NCBI GenBank assembly: GCA_963736005.1
Contig: CAVTNB010000001.1
Span: forward strand, 928,001 to 992,000
Length of the DNA stretch: 64,000 nt
Source: an uncultured Pseudomonadota bacterium
Lineage (GTDB): Bacteria; Vulcanimicrobiota; Vulcanimicrobiia; Eremiobacterales; Eremiobacteraceae
Direction of reading: 5' to 3'
Within the stretch, counting starts at the first letter, position 1. Each line of letters opens with the position of its first letter. The notes under the pieces were generated by a model. It ran no database searches and was not told the origin of the DNA. It worked only from the letters and a program-made list of their open reading frames with translations. Below are positions 1-8,882 of this stretch, one piece after another. Made by a program: the position numbers and the translations under genes.

Positions 1-589
1 CGTACCCGGTGCCAGGGTTGCGCGGTCCTTCGAACGTACCGACGATGCCGTCGTTAGCAATGGCAGCGGCCAGCATCGGCGTTTCGATGTAGTGCTCGGT
101 GAACTCCGCTGCGGAACCGCGAAACATTGCTTGGGCCTGCGGCGAGAGCCGATCGAAGCGCGGATCCGCGTCAAAAAACGAATCGTAAATTTCGCGTGCA
201 TACCGACACAGAAGCTCGTCGAGCGAGGCGAGACCGCTCACATCGGATCGTGAGAATGCGCCGACCTCACGCGCCGTTTGTTCGCGGTCGCGTGAGAGCA
301 GGAGCGATCGGCCATCAAGCGTGGCGGTGAACGAACTTGGATTCTTCAAGTAGGCGTGGTACCCGTGAGACTCAAGCTCCAAGTCGTGCACGATGTCTGG
401 ATGCAAGAGGCTCACGACGTATGAGGCGGCAGACACCGTCCAGCCGGGCCAAGGATGCTCGCTCACCGCAGCACCTCCGATAACTTCGCTGCGCTCGAGC
501 ACGAGCGTCGCGAGCCCTGCCTTGGCGAGGTAGGCAGCAGCGACCAGCCCGTTATGGCCGGCACCGACTACGATCGCATCGTATTTCAT
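1..589 (-). CDS. Phytoene dehydrogenase-like NAD(P)/FAD-dependent oxidoreductase, 5' part (runs off the window start)
   Basis: Translated by hand from ATG 589: MKYDAIVVGAGHNGLVAAAYLAKAG..LER..IGGAA, an FAD-binding GxGxxG motif; RBS GAGGAG at 591-596. Confidence 0.85.
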   Translation of the reverse strand, partial: MKYDAIVVGAGHNGLVAAAYLAKAGLATLVLERSEVIGGAAVSEHPWPGWTVSAASYVVSLLHPDIVHDLELESHGYHAYLKNPSSFTATLDGRSLLLSRDREQTAREVGAFSRSDVSGLASLDELLCRYAREIYDSFFDADPRFDRLSPQAQAMFRGSAAEFTEHYIETPMLAAAIANDGIVGTFEGPRNPGTGY

Positions 590-630
590 GCTCCTCGGTT
601 GGGCGAGACAAGCTAGGAGACCTCGACGAC

Positions 631-686
631 GGGCGACTTTACAGTCGCCCACTACAGACGAGGGGCGACTTTAGAGCCGCCATTAC
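631..686. repeat. REP palindrome pair, family D (GGGCGACTTTACAGTCGCCC-ACTAC plus a degenerate copy)
   Basis: Hairpin followed by CTAC (GTAG on the minus strand); the motif recurs across the window. Confidence 0.8.
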
Positions 687-788
687 AAGGGGAGGGTCGG
701 CGTCACACTGTTTCTCATGGAAGTCTCACTCGGGTCTCAAACGAATCTCACGCCGATAACGTTACAATGGGAATCAGGAGCGGAACTC

Positions 789-2306
789 ATGAGCGCTGAC
801 GTCCAAGTGCCCGCCGAGTATCGTCCAGCGGGTACCGTTGACCTATCGAGTGCCCTCGACGAATATCGCGGGCCATGGAATTCTCGTCTCGCTGCTCACC
901 TGTTGCGGCGCGCGGGCTTTGGCGGTTCTCCCCAAGATATCGCAAACGCGACCGGCGCTGGAATGGATGCTACCGTCAGCCAGCTCGTTCATTTTGGACC
1001 CGATCAGCTGCCTGCGGCACCGTCGGGTGATATCACGTATCCGATGGGGCCGACGGCGGACAAAATGCAACGTCGTAACGCCTACATCCTTACGGAGATG
1101 TGGTGGCTCGATCGTTGCCTGCGTACGCAAGATCCGCTGCGCGAGCGCATGACCTATTTTTGGAGCAATCACTTTACCAGTGCCATTGGCGAAAAGGGCA
1201 TCACATCACAGATGATGGTCGATCAATTTGCGTTGTTCCGACGCTTTGCGCTCGGCAACTACGCCGATCTGACGCACGCTGTGACGACCGACCCGGCGAT
1301 GCTCCATTACCTCGACGGCATTGTCAATCGCGCGCAACATCCCAACGAAAATTACGCTCGCGAGCTTATGGAACTCTTCACCCTGGGCATAGGCAACTAC
1401 ACCGAGGAAGACGTTCGGCAAGGCTCCAGAGCATTCACGGGCTTCACCGTCTACCGCTTTGGCGGGCAAGCGGTGTTCAATCCCCAGCTCCACGACGATG
1501 GGGAAAAGACATTTCTTGGCCACACCGGCAACTTCGACGGCGACGACATTGTCAACATCATTATGGGGCAGCCGACAACAGCTCGCTTCATGGCGCGAAA
1601 GTTCTTACGCGCCTTCGTGTACGATGACCCCGAGCCCGAACTCATCGACGCGGTGGCGGCCAAGTTCCGGGAGAGCAATTACGACGTTGCGCGGCTCATG
1701 GGTCTCCTCTTGCGATCGAACGTTTTCTACTCGCCGCGCGCGTATCGCGCATTGGTGAAGAGTCCGCTCGAGTTAACGATCGGTGCATTGAAGACCCTCG
1801 GCGCTACAGAGGTCGGCGCTCGAACGCTCCAGGCGATGGCGCAAATGGGCCAAGTCCCCATGCAACCGCCAAACGTCGCCGGCTGGCCCGGTGGCAGTCT
1901 CTGGCTCAACACAGGTACGTACCTGGCGCGCCTCAACTACCTGAATCAACTCGTGTCGTTCAAGCCTGCGGCCGCCGATCAAGCGATGACCGCGATGATG
2001 TCGCAACCGCAGAGCCTTCCTCAAGGCATGGACCCAGAGATTTTCTTTGCCCCTGCCGGCCATATCGCGCCGCCTGCCGCTTGGGTTGCCGGCGCAAACA
2101 CAAGCGATCCGATGTCCGTGACGGATAGCGTCTTGAATATGGTGGTGCAAGACGACGCGACGGTAGCACAACAAGGCGACATCCTCAGCTATATCGTTCA
2201 CGACGGCGTAGGCAACCGCGTGGTGCTCAACGGCGAAAACTTCGAAGAGAAAGTACGCGGGGCGGTGAGCCTGGCAATGGCCTTGCCGCCGTACCAGCTC
2301 GCGTAA
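789..2306 (+). CDS. DUF1800 family protein
   Basis: AHLLRRAGFG, LRERMTYFWSNHF, PAMLHYLD, PNENYARELMELFTLG, PPNVAGWPGG motifs; ATG 789 has RBS AGGAG (ORF track starts at 717). Confidence 0.9.
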   Translation: MSADVQVPAEYRPAGTVDLSSALDEYRGPWNSRLAAHLLRRAGFGGSPQDIANATGAGMDATVSQLVHFGPDQLPAAPSGDITYPMGPTADKMQRRNAYILTEMWWLDRCLRTQDPLRERMTYFWSNHFTSAIGEKGITSQMMVDQFALFRRFALGNYADLTHAVTTDPAMLHYLDGIVNRAQHPNENYARELMELFTLGIGNYTEEDVRQGSRAFTGFTVYRFGGQAVFNPQLHDDGEKTFLGHTGNFDGDDIVNIIMGQPTTARFMARKFLRAFVYDDPEPELIDAVAAKFRESNYDVARLMGLLLRSNVFYSPRAYRALVKSPLELTIGALKTLGATEVGARTLQAMAQMGQVPMQPPNVAGWPGGSLWLNTGTYLARLNYLNQLVSFKPAAADQAMTAMMSQPQSLPQGMDPEIFFAPAGHIAPPAAWVAGANTSDPMSVTDSVLNMVVQDDATVAQQGDILSYIVHDGVGNRVVLNGENFEEKVRGAVSLAMALPPYQLA

Positions 2307-2322
2307 TGGTGGAGAAAAACCA

Positions 2323-3546
2323 ATGACCTCTCGACGCCAATTTATCCAACAAAGCGTCGGCGCATTCACCGGCTTCCTGGCCATCGATTCCATTTTCGCG
2401 CGGGCTGCGCGAGCCGCCGGCGCGGTCACCCCGCCCGGATCGGCAGCTGGTCGCACGCTCGTGGTGGTCAATCTTCAGGGCGGCAACGATGGACTCAACA
2501 CCGTGGTGCCCTTCGGAGACCCCGAATACTATCGCCTCAGGCCGAGCATCAACGTTGCGCAAGGCGACGTCCTGCGCTTCGATAGCGGCTTGGGCCTGAA
2601 TCCAAAACTCGCGGGCATCAAAGCACTCTACGACCAGCAGCGCGTAGCGGTTCTCCAAGGCGTCCATTACCCAAATCCAAATCTCTCGCATTTTCGCTCG
2701 ACCGAGATTTGGCAAACCGCTGCACCGGACACCATCATTGACACAGGCTGGGCGGGTCGCTATCTCGACGATTCTGGTTTGCCCAAGAGCAATCTCTTCA
2801 AGGGTCTGGCCATCGGACCGATCCTGCCGAAAATGATGGTCTCGAACAAGACCGACGTGCCAACCATTGAGAACTTGCGGACGAGCGGCTTTCGAGGCGC
2901 GCGCGACGAGCAGTCATCAGCGGATCAAATCCTCAATGGCAATTCAAACGCGTATTCGTTCCAAAGTCCATACTTGCATCTCGTTCAAGAAGTAGAGCAC
3001 GACGCGAATGCGAGCTCTGCCGAGCTTCCACATCTCGTGGCAGGCTACAAGCCTGCAATCGAATACCCGGCGACGCCGTTTGCGGCGGGTCTCAATCTCG
3101 CCGCCGCGGTGATCAACTCTGGCGTTGGCACGAAGGTAATCTATGTGAGCCTCGGTTCGTTCGACACGCACGCAGCGCAGCGGGGCACCCAGGATCGCTT
3201 GCTCGATCAGTTTGCCACTGGTATGAAGGCATTTTACGACGATCTTGCCGCCCACAACTTGGATGGTCAAGTGCTCACGATGACCTTCTCCGAGTTTGGC
3301 CGGCGTGTTCAGGAAAATGCCAACCGCGGAACCGACCATGGCACAGCGGCGCCGATGTTCCTCATCGGCGGCGGGGTCAAAGGCGGCATCTACGGCGATC
3401 ATCCCAGCTTGAGCGATCTCGACTTCGGCAATCTCAAGTGGCATACGGACTTTCGATCGGTCTATGCGACGGTGCTCGAGCACTGGCTCGGGGTCTCGTC
3501 TGCACCCGTGCTTGGAGGAGCCTTCGACACGCTGACGTTCGTTTAA
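2323..3546 (+). CDS. DUF1501 family protein with Tat signal peptide
   Basis: SRRQFI twin-arginine motif; GGNDGLN, SHFRS, FDTH, FSEFGRR, GTDHG motifs; usual partner of DUF1800. Confidence 0.9.
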   Translation: MTSRRQFIQQSVGAFTGFLAIDSIFARAARAAGAVTPPGSAAGRTLVVVNLQGGNDGLNTVVPFGDPEYYRLRPSINVAQGDVLRFDSGLGLNPKLAGIKALYDQQRVAVLQGVHYPNPNLSHFRSTEIWQTAAPDTIIDTGWAGRYLDDSGLPKSNLFKGLAIGPILPKMMVSNKTDVPTIENLRTSGFRGARDEQSSADQILNGNSNAYSFQSPYLHLVQEVEHDANASSAELPHLVAGYKPAIEYPATPFAAGLNLAAAVINSGVGTKVIYVSLGSFDTHAAQRGTQDRLLDQFATGMKAFYDDLAAHNLDGQVLTMTFSEFGRRVQENANRGTDHGTAAPMFLIGGGVKGGIYGDHPSLSDLDFGNLKWHTDFRSVYATVLEHWLGVSSAPVLGGAFDTLTFV

Positions 3547-3574
3547 CGATTGAGGACAGGAGCAGACTATAAAC

Positions 3575-3949
3575 ATGGAACGAAAGAAATTCATCACGAC
3601 CGCAATCGGAGCGAGCGCCATCATCGCCGCGGCAGGCGCGACGTTGGCGGCAACGCCCGCCCCCAATGCCACAGGGAATCCAGGAACCCTAAGCAATCCG
3701 TGCCTCCCCTCGCACGCTGGATTTGGGGGAGGACCGCGACCGGGCGAGAGCCCGAACCCAACCGCTGTGCTCGAGCATGCCGATCGAAACCTTGGGCGGA
3801 TCATTGAAATGCTCCAGCGCGATCCCAATGAGTACGCCGGTCACAAAACGCAGGCCATCGGGTACCTGCAGCAAGCTCTCACGCAGGTGCAAGCCGCTCT
3901 CCAATCGGCCAGCGGCGGCGCGCAAAGCCCGATCCAGTCCTCACCCTAA
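3575..3949 (+). CDS. Small exported protein with Tat-like leader
   Basis: MERKKFI plus hydrophobic stretch, Pro-rich linker, helical C-terminus; AGGAG upstream. Confidence 0.65.
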   Translation: MERKKFITTAIGASAIIAAAGATLAATPAPNATGNPGTLSNPCLPSHAGFGGGPRPGESPNPTAVLEHADRNLGRIIEMLQRDPNEYAGHKTQAIGYLQQALTQVQAALQSASGGAQSPIQSSP

Positions 3950-3955
3950 GGCAGC

Positions 3956-3981
3956 GTAGGGGGCGATTGGAAAATCGCCCC
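3956..3981 (+). repeat. REP family C (GTAGGGGGCGATTGGAAAATCGCCCC)
   Basis: GTAG plus GC hairpin; related copies at 14375, 19042, 31776, 32889, 38189, 41981, 60485. Confidence 0.8.
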
Positions 3982-4001
3982 TCTTTCATGAATACCCCTC
4001 C

Positions 4002-4469
4002 ATGATCAAGGCCTCGATCCGCACTTTGCGGCTGACAGATCTGCCCGTTTGGGCCGAACTGCGGCGCTCGTTGTGGCCGGATTACCTAACCGACGACGAA
4101 GTCCGAGACCACGCATCAACAGTTGCGGACCCCCAGCGGCTCGCCGCTTTTGTCAGCGAGGTTGAAGGCGATGTTGTGGGATTCATCGATGCAAGCCTAC
4201 GACAAGTTGCCGATGGGTGCGAGACAAGCCCAGTGGGATACATCGAAGGCTGGTACGTCAAGCCTGAGTTTCGAGGCAAGGGAATCGGCAGACAACTCGT
4301 TCACGCAGCTGAAGAATGGGCCCGCTCGAGGGGCTGCATGGAAATGGCTTCGGATTCTCTTCTTACCAATGTCGACGGCCAGCGTGCGCACGAACAGCTG
4401 GGCTACCGCGAAGTCGATCGCGTCGTAACGTTTCGCAAGCCGCTGCGGGAAACGCGACGGGCGACTTGA
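4002..4469 (+). CDS. GNAT acetyltransferase, AAC(6')-I-like
   Basis: GCETSPVGYIEGWYV, RGKGIG, EMASD motifs typical of AAC(6')-I proteins. Confidence 0.75.
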   Translation: MIKASIRTLRLTDLPVWAELRRSLWPDYLTDDEVRDHASTVADPQRLAAFVSEVEGDVVGFIDASLRQVADGCETSPVGYIEGWYVKPEFRGKGIGRQLVHAAEEWARSRGCMEMASDSLLTNVDGQRAHEQLGYREVDRVVTFRKPLRETRRAT

Positions 4470-4483
4470 CAGTCGCCCGCTAC
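4459..4483 (-). repeat. REP family D overlapping the GNAT stop codon
   Basis: GGGCGACTTGACAGTCGCCCGCTAC; TGA 4467-4469 lies inside it. Confidence 0.8.
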
Positions 4484-4504
4484 GGTTCGTTCGGGGATGT
4501 GCGG

Positions 4505-4861
4505 TTAATCTTTGTCTGCGTCGCCCTCGTTTGCGGGGACTTGGCTCAAGGGGTTGTTGGGGCAGCGTCGGCATGCATACGATGCGAGATGGCGAAAGAC
4601 CGGCCGGCTTACTTCGCGCCGCGCCGTCAGACGAAATCGCGTGTATGCGTCGTCGAATGCAGACTCAATCCGTGCGCCGTCGAAAAGGTCTCGGGTGAAA
4701 TGTTCGCAGCATGCTGAACACATTTTGTCGGTCTTAAAGAGTGGGCAACGAATGCCGTTCTCTGCATGTTCGCCGAAACGGTTCCACGCATCGGCGTTGG
4801 GCTCAACTGGGCCGTTGAGCAGATTTTCCAGTAGGTTTTCGACTGAGTCTTGCATGCTCAT
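4505..4861 (-). CDS. Hypothetical Cys-rich protein
   Basis: CPLF..CSACCEH..CRRCP; fills the gap between neighbouring genes. Confidence 0.45.
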   Translation of the reverse strand: MSMQDSVENLLENLLNGPVEPNADAWNRFGEHAENGIRCPLFKTDKMCSACCEHFTRDLFDGARIESAFDDAYTRFRLTARREVSRPVFRHLASYACRRCPNNPLSQVPANEGDADKD

Positions 4862-4909
4862 ACGACTGGACAAGGAGTGAATTTGTGTCTCGATCGGAAA
4901 GTGGACCGA

Positions 4910-5059
4910 ATGGATGAGCAGCAGTTCACAGTCGGACAGCTCGCCGGTCCTGGTACCTATCGATGCGAAGCGTGCGGAAAAGAGACGACAGAGTTCGCTT
5001 TGTCCTTCGAAATTGAGACATGTGCATGCGGCAGTGTAACATTTCGCCGGGTCGACTAA
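4910..5059 (+). CDS. Small zinc-ribbon protein
   Basis: 49 aa, AGPGTYRCEACG...CACGSVTF. Confidence 0.6.
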   Translation: MDEQQFTVGQLAGPGTYRCEACGKETTEFALSFEIETCACGSVTFRRVD

Positions 5060-5104
5060 TCCAAGGGCTTTTGCGCTGATTCACACCGTCTGGACCGCCT
5101 GGGT

Positions 5105-5908
5105 ATGACGCAGATCAAACTTCACACCTGGGGTGCGGGACCGCCCATCCTCTTGCTCCACGCCTTTCCTTTAAACGCCGGCATGTGGGAGCCGCAAGTC
5201 CAGGCGCTGTCGGCGGCGGCAACGCTCGTGGCGCCCGACCTTCCCGGGTTTGGAGATTCCGCGCAGGCGCCCAGCTTTGACAGCCTCGATTCATTGGCGG
5301 GTACCTTATATGACATGCTGCGCGCGCTCGGGATCGAGCGAACGGTGGTCGCAGGCTGCTCGATGGGCGGGTACTTGGCATTCGCGCTCTTACGCGCCGC
5401 CCCGAATTTCGTGACGAGGCTGGCCCTTCTCAACACAAAGCCCACTCGGGACTCCGAGCAGGCCCGCGCGAATCGCCTGGTCTTGGCGGAGCGGGTCGAG
5501 CGCGAAGGCTGCGCTTTTCTAGTCGAGGAGTGGGATCGAGGTGCACTGTCCCCGGTAACCCTTGCGAGCAAACCGGCCGTGGTCGACAGCGTTCGGGCGC
5601 TCATTCGAGAAGCGACCCCTCGCGGGGTGGCGGCTGCCCAACGCGCGATGGCCAACCGGCCCGATTCCTCGGCGCTGCTTCCACAGATTGGCATCCCCAC
5701 GTTGGTCATCCATGGGCTCGATGACCGCATCATTAGCGAGCAGGAAGCTCGCGCGATGGCGGACGGAATCAAGGGCGCACAGTTCGTTGGAATTCCCGAC
5801 GCGGCCCACCTGCCCAATCTGGAGCGACCCGAGATCGTCTCTGAAACGCTTGCACGGTTTTTCCCCTCGCAAGGGAGAAGCCTCGGCCATCGACCGTCCC
5901 CGCAATAA
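5105..5908 (+). CDS. Alpha/beta hydrolase (PcaD-like)
   Basis: LLHAFP, PDLPGFG, GCSMGG nucleophile elbow, AAHL catalytic His. Confidence 0.9.
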   Translation: MTQIKLHTWGAGPPILLLHAFPLNAGMWEPQVQALSAAATLVAPDLPGFGDSAQAPSFDSLDSLAGTLYDMLRALGIERTVVAGCSMGGYLAFALLRAAPNFVTRLALLNTKPTRDSEQARANRLVLAERVEREGCAFLVEEWDRGALSPVTLASKPAVVDSVRALIREATPRGVAAAQRAMANRPDSSALLPQIGIPTLVIHGLDDRIISEQEARAMADGIKGAQFVGIPDAAHLPNLERPEIVSETLARFFPSQGRSLGHRPSPQ

Positions 5909-5917
5909 GAGAATGCG

Positions 5918-7840
5918 ATGTGCACTTTCTGCAGAGTAGTCAGGTGCTGTGTGGTCGCCGCACTGTTTGCGTTGTTGTGCCTGCGATCAGTTGAGCGCGC
6001 TTGCGCGGATGAACCAAACGCAAATGCCACGTCATTGGCCACCGCCGCGAATCCGATGACGCTTGTGCTCGACGCCCACGACGCGTCGCGCGGGATCATG
6101 CTCGCGCACCTCACGATCCCGGTCGCTCCAGGACCATTCACCTTGGTTTATCCGAAGTGGATCCCGGGGGAACACAGCCCCACCGGACCCATCTATGACT
6201 TGGCGACTCTGCGCGTGAGCGCTAACGGCGCCGGCATTCCGTGGTCTCGCGACCCGGTGGACCTCTACGCATTCCACGTGCTGGTGCCGGCAGCGACGCA
6301 GACGATCGACGTCGATTTCGAGGTGCTCCTCAATGCGCCCAACGATGAGATGTCGACAAGCCACCTTGCGATCGTGAACTGGAACCGCGATCTCGTCTAC
6401 CAAAACGACACCGATACGGGCGACGTCTACGTGAAGGCGAGCATCCTCTTGCCGGAGGGCTGGGATTTCGCCACCGCGCTCCCCATCGCACAGCACAGCG
6501 GAAACCGCCTTGACTTCGCGCAGACGACCTTGCGCACACTCGTGGACTCGCCGCTCGATTGCGGCGCTTACGCGAAGCACTACGTCATCTGGTCGAACGG
6601 CCCGGCGGTCGCCAAGCTCGACCTGTTCGCAGATGCGCCAGAGAATCTAACCATTCCGCCAGATCTGCTGACCGCGTATCGGCGGATGGTCCCAGAGGGT
6701 CTCGCGATGTACGGATCGCGCCATTGGAACGTCCATCACTCGCTCGTCGCCTTGACCGATGCGTTTCCCGAGGATGGCATCGAACATCACGAATCGAGCG
6801 ACAACCGAGCTCCGTCCGATTATTTTTCAAATCCACAGCGGGCCGTTTTCGACGGTGATTTGATCGCTCACGAATTTTCGCATTCATGGAACGGCAAGCA
6901 CCGCCGGCCGGCCGACTTGACGACGGCGAACTTCCAGATCCCGATGCAAACCGATCTGCTGTGGGTCTACGAGGGCATGAACCAATACCTCGGAGACCTG
7001 CTCACCTTCCGCACCGGCATCCGCGATCGCAAACTCTTCCCAGAACTGATCGCAGCGGTGTACGCGCAGGAGGACGCGGAACCGGGGAGGTCGGCCGATC
7101 CCCTGATCGACACAACGGTCGCAGCGCCGTACCTCTACCTCGTCCAGGGTGCCTATCCGTCGCTACGCCGCACCACGGACGATTTCTATTCCGAGGGAGA
7201 GCTCGTCTGGCTCGACGCCGACACGATCATCCGCGAGCAGACTAAGGACGCGAAGTCATTAGACGACTTCCTTAGAGCTTTCGCGGGGCCGCCAGACGCG
7301 GGGCCTGAGGTCGTCACCTACAGTCGCGACGACGTCGAGCGGCTTCTCGGCAGTGTCGCCCCGTATGATTGGCATGGTTTCTTCCAGCGCACCGTCTACG
7401 AGGTCGCGGTGCATCCGCCAGCCGACTGGTTAGAGCGCTCGGGTTACCGGCTCGTGTACACTTCCACTCCTAATATCGTTGATGCGGCAAGCGACGAGAG
7501 CGACCAGAAGATCGATGCCTGGTTCTCGCTTGGCGTCAGGCTCGACAACGATGGCACGGTCAGCAGCGTGCGCAAGCCATCGCCCGCCTGGCAATCCGGT
7601 CTTGCGCCTGGCGTCAAGATCGTCGCCGTGAATAACAGGGAGTTCCAGCCTTCCCTCCTTCTCTCGGCGATCAGCGCCGCACAGCACTCAAACGCTTCGA
7701 TCGTGCTTCTCGGAGATGATGACACATGGTACCGGAGCTATGTGCTCTCGTATCACGGCGGGTTGCGCTACCCGCACCTCGTGCGCGCTGGAAACGCGCC
7801 GGACATGCTCGCAAAGATCACCGCGCCGCTCGGGCGTTAG
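5918..7840 (+). CDS. M61 family glycyl aminopeptidase with PDZ domain, secreted
   Basis: Signal peptide, PKWIPGEH, LVDSP, GIEH, AHEFSHSWN (HExxH), LWVYEG, C-terminal PDZ. Confidence 0.9.
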   Translation: MCTFCRVVRCCVVAALFALLCLRSVERACADEPNANATSLATAANPMTLVLDAHDASRGIMLAHLTIPVAPGPFTLVYPKWIPGEHSPTGPIYDLATLRVSANGAGIPWSRDPVDLYAFHVLVPAATQTIDVDFEVLLNAPNDEMSTSHLAIVNWNRDLVYQNDTDTGDVYVKASILLPEGWDFATALPIAQHSGNRLDFAQTTLRTLVDSPLDCGAYAKHYVIWSNGPAVAKLDLFADAPENLTIPPDLLTAYRRMVPEGLAMYGSRHWNVHHSLVALTDAFPEDGIEHHESSDNRAPSDYFSNPQRAVFDGDLIAHEFSHSWNGKHRRPADLTTANFQIPMQTDLLWVYEGMNQYLGDLLTFRTGIRDRKLFPELIAAVYAQEDAEPGRSADPLIDTTVAAPYLYLVQGAYPSLRRTTDDFYSEGELVWLDADTIIREQTKDAKSLDDFLRAFAGPPDAGPEVVTYSRDDVERLLGSVAPYDWHGFFQRTVYEVAVHPPADWLERSGYRLVYTSTPNIVDAASDESDQKIDAWFSLGVRLDNDGTVSSVRKPSPAWQSGLAPGVKIVAVNNREFQPSLLLSAISAAQHSNASIVLLGDDDTWYRSYVLSYHGGLRYPHLVRAGNAPDMLAKITAPLGR

Positions 7841-8343
7841 ACGACCTTCTTCCGGGATTTGAATTCCCACGGCGAGTTTTCTTCGCTTGCATGTCGCTGC
7901 CAACCGGGGAGCTTCTTCTTCCCAAACTTCGCGAGAATGTACACCCCGGACGCAGCCTTCCCCGCGCCGAAACCGGGCAGAGCTTTGAACCTCTCGATCA
8001 ACTCTTTGGGATTTGTCACGTCAGCCCACACGCGCGAACCATCGTTCCGGTAGTCGCGGGCGATGACTGCGCAAAGTGCACGCACCCGCGTGGCCATCAT
8101 GCCCGGGTAGCGGTGCAATGCCGGGGGTCTACGGAACACGGCCTTGAGTTTGGCAGGCGACAGAGCCGCAATTTTCTTGGCGTCGAGATGGCCGATGCGC
8201 TGGCGTAAGTCGTAGGGGCCAACAAACGCCTTCTCCGTGCGAACTTGCTGGTCGAGGCACAAACCGATGAGCAGCGCCGTGCCGCTTTTGGCAAGGAGCT
8301 CGTTCGCCTCTGAATTTGGCGTGAAAGGATAGTATGATTGCAT
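7837..8343 (-). CDS. HhH-GPD-type DNA glycosylase-like protein
   Basis: LLIGLCLDQQ, PALHRYPGMMA, ALPGFGAGKA helix-hairpin-helix. Confidence 0.8.
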   Translation of the reverse strand: MQSYYPFTPNSEANELLAKSGTALLIGLCLDQQVRTEKAFVGPYDLRQRIGHLDAKKIAALSPAKLKAVFRRPPALHRYPGMMATRVRALCAVIARDYRNDGSRVWADVTNPKELIERFKALPGFGAGKAASGVYILAKFGKKKLPGWQRHASEENSPWEFKSRKKVV

Positions 8344-8414
8344 ACCTGCGCGCCAGACGCTTTGGGGCTGAGCCTTTCATTTGCCTTTCAGCGCGGCCAT
8401 CTACAGTTTTACGC

Positions 8415-8882
8415 ATGGGTCGCTTGCACTATTGGGTCACGTGCGCCGCGGCAGCGAGCTTGGTTTTCGGGTGCACCCCGAGCGCGCCAAGTGCGCCGAA
8501 TGGCAATTCCATTGGAAACGGCGTCGTCGTTGGGGAAAGCCTTCTCAAGTACGGCCAGACCTCAAGCCAGTTTGGCATGGTCGGTGGCTTCAACCCGGCG
8601 ATCGTCGTGGTCGCGCATGGGACTACCGTCCAATTCCACAACGAAGATTCGTTCAGTCATACGGCAAGCATGGTGAATGGGCCACCCTTTCCCCCTGGCA
8701 ACCCGATACCGAACAGCGCTCTCACCCAGAGCGGCGCAGACGTTTCTCAACCAAGCTGGTCATCGGGCGCTCTCGTCGCAAATGCTTATTCGCAGCAGCT
8801 GCAAACGTCGACCATAGGCAGTTACTTCTTCGGCTGCTTCTATCATTATCCGATCATGAGGGGCGTCATCATTGTTCAGTAG
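8415..8882 (+). CDS. Cupredoxin (type-1 blue copper) lipoprotein
   Basis: Lipobox-like LVFGC; FNP, N-x-D-x3-H and C-x2-H-x3-M (GCFYHYPIMRG) copper ligands. Confidence 0.8.
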   Translation: MGRLHYWVTCAAAASLVFGCTPSAPSAPNGNSIGNGVVVGESLLKYGQTSSQFGMVGGFNPAIVVVAHGTTVQFHNEDSFSHTASMVNGPPFPPGNPIPNSALTQSGADVSQPSWSSGALVANAYSQQLQTSTIGSYFFGCFYHYPIMRGVIIVQ

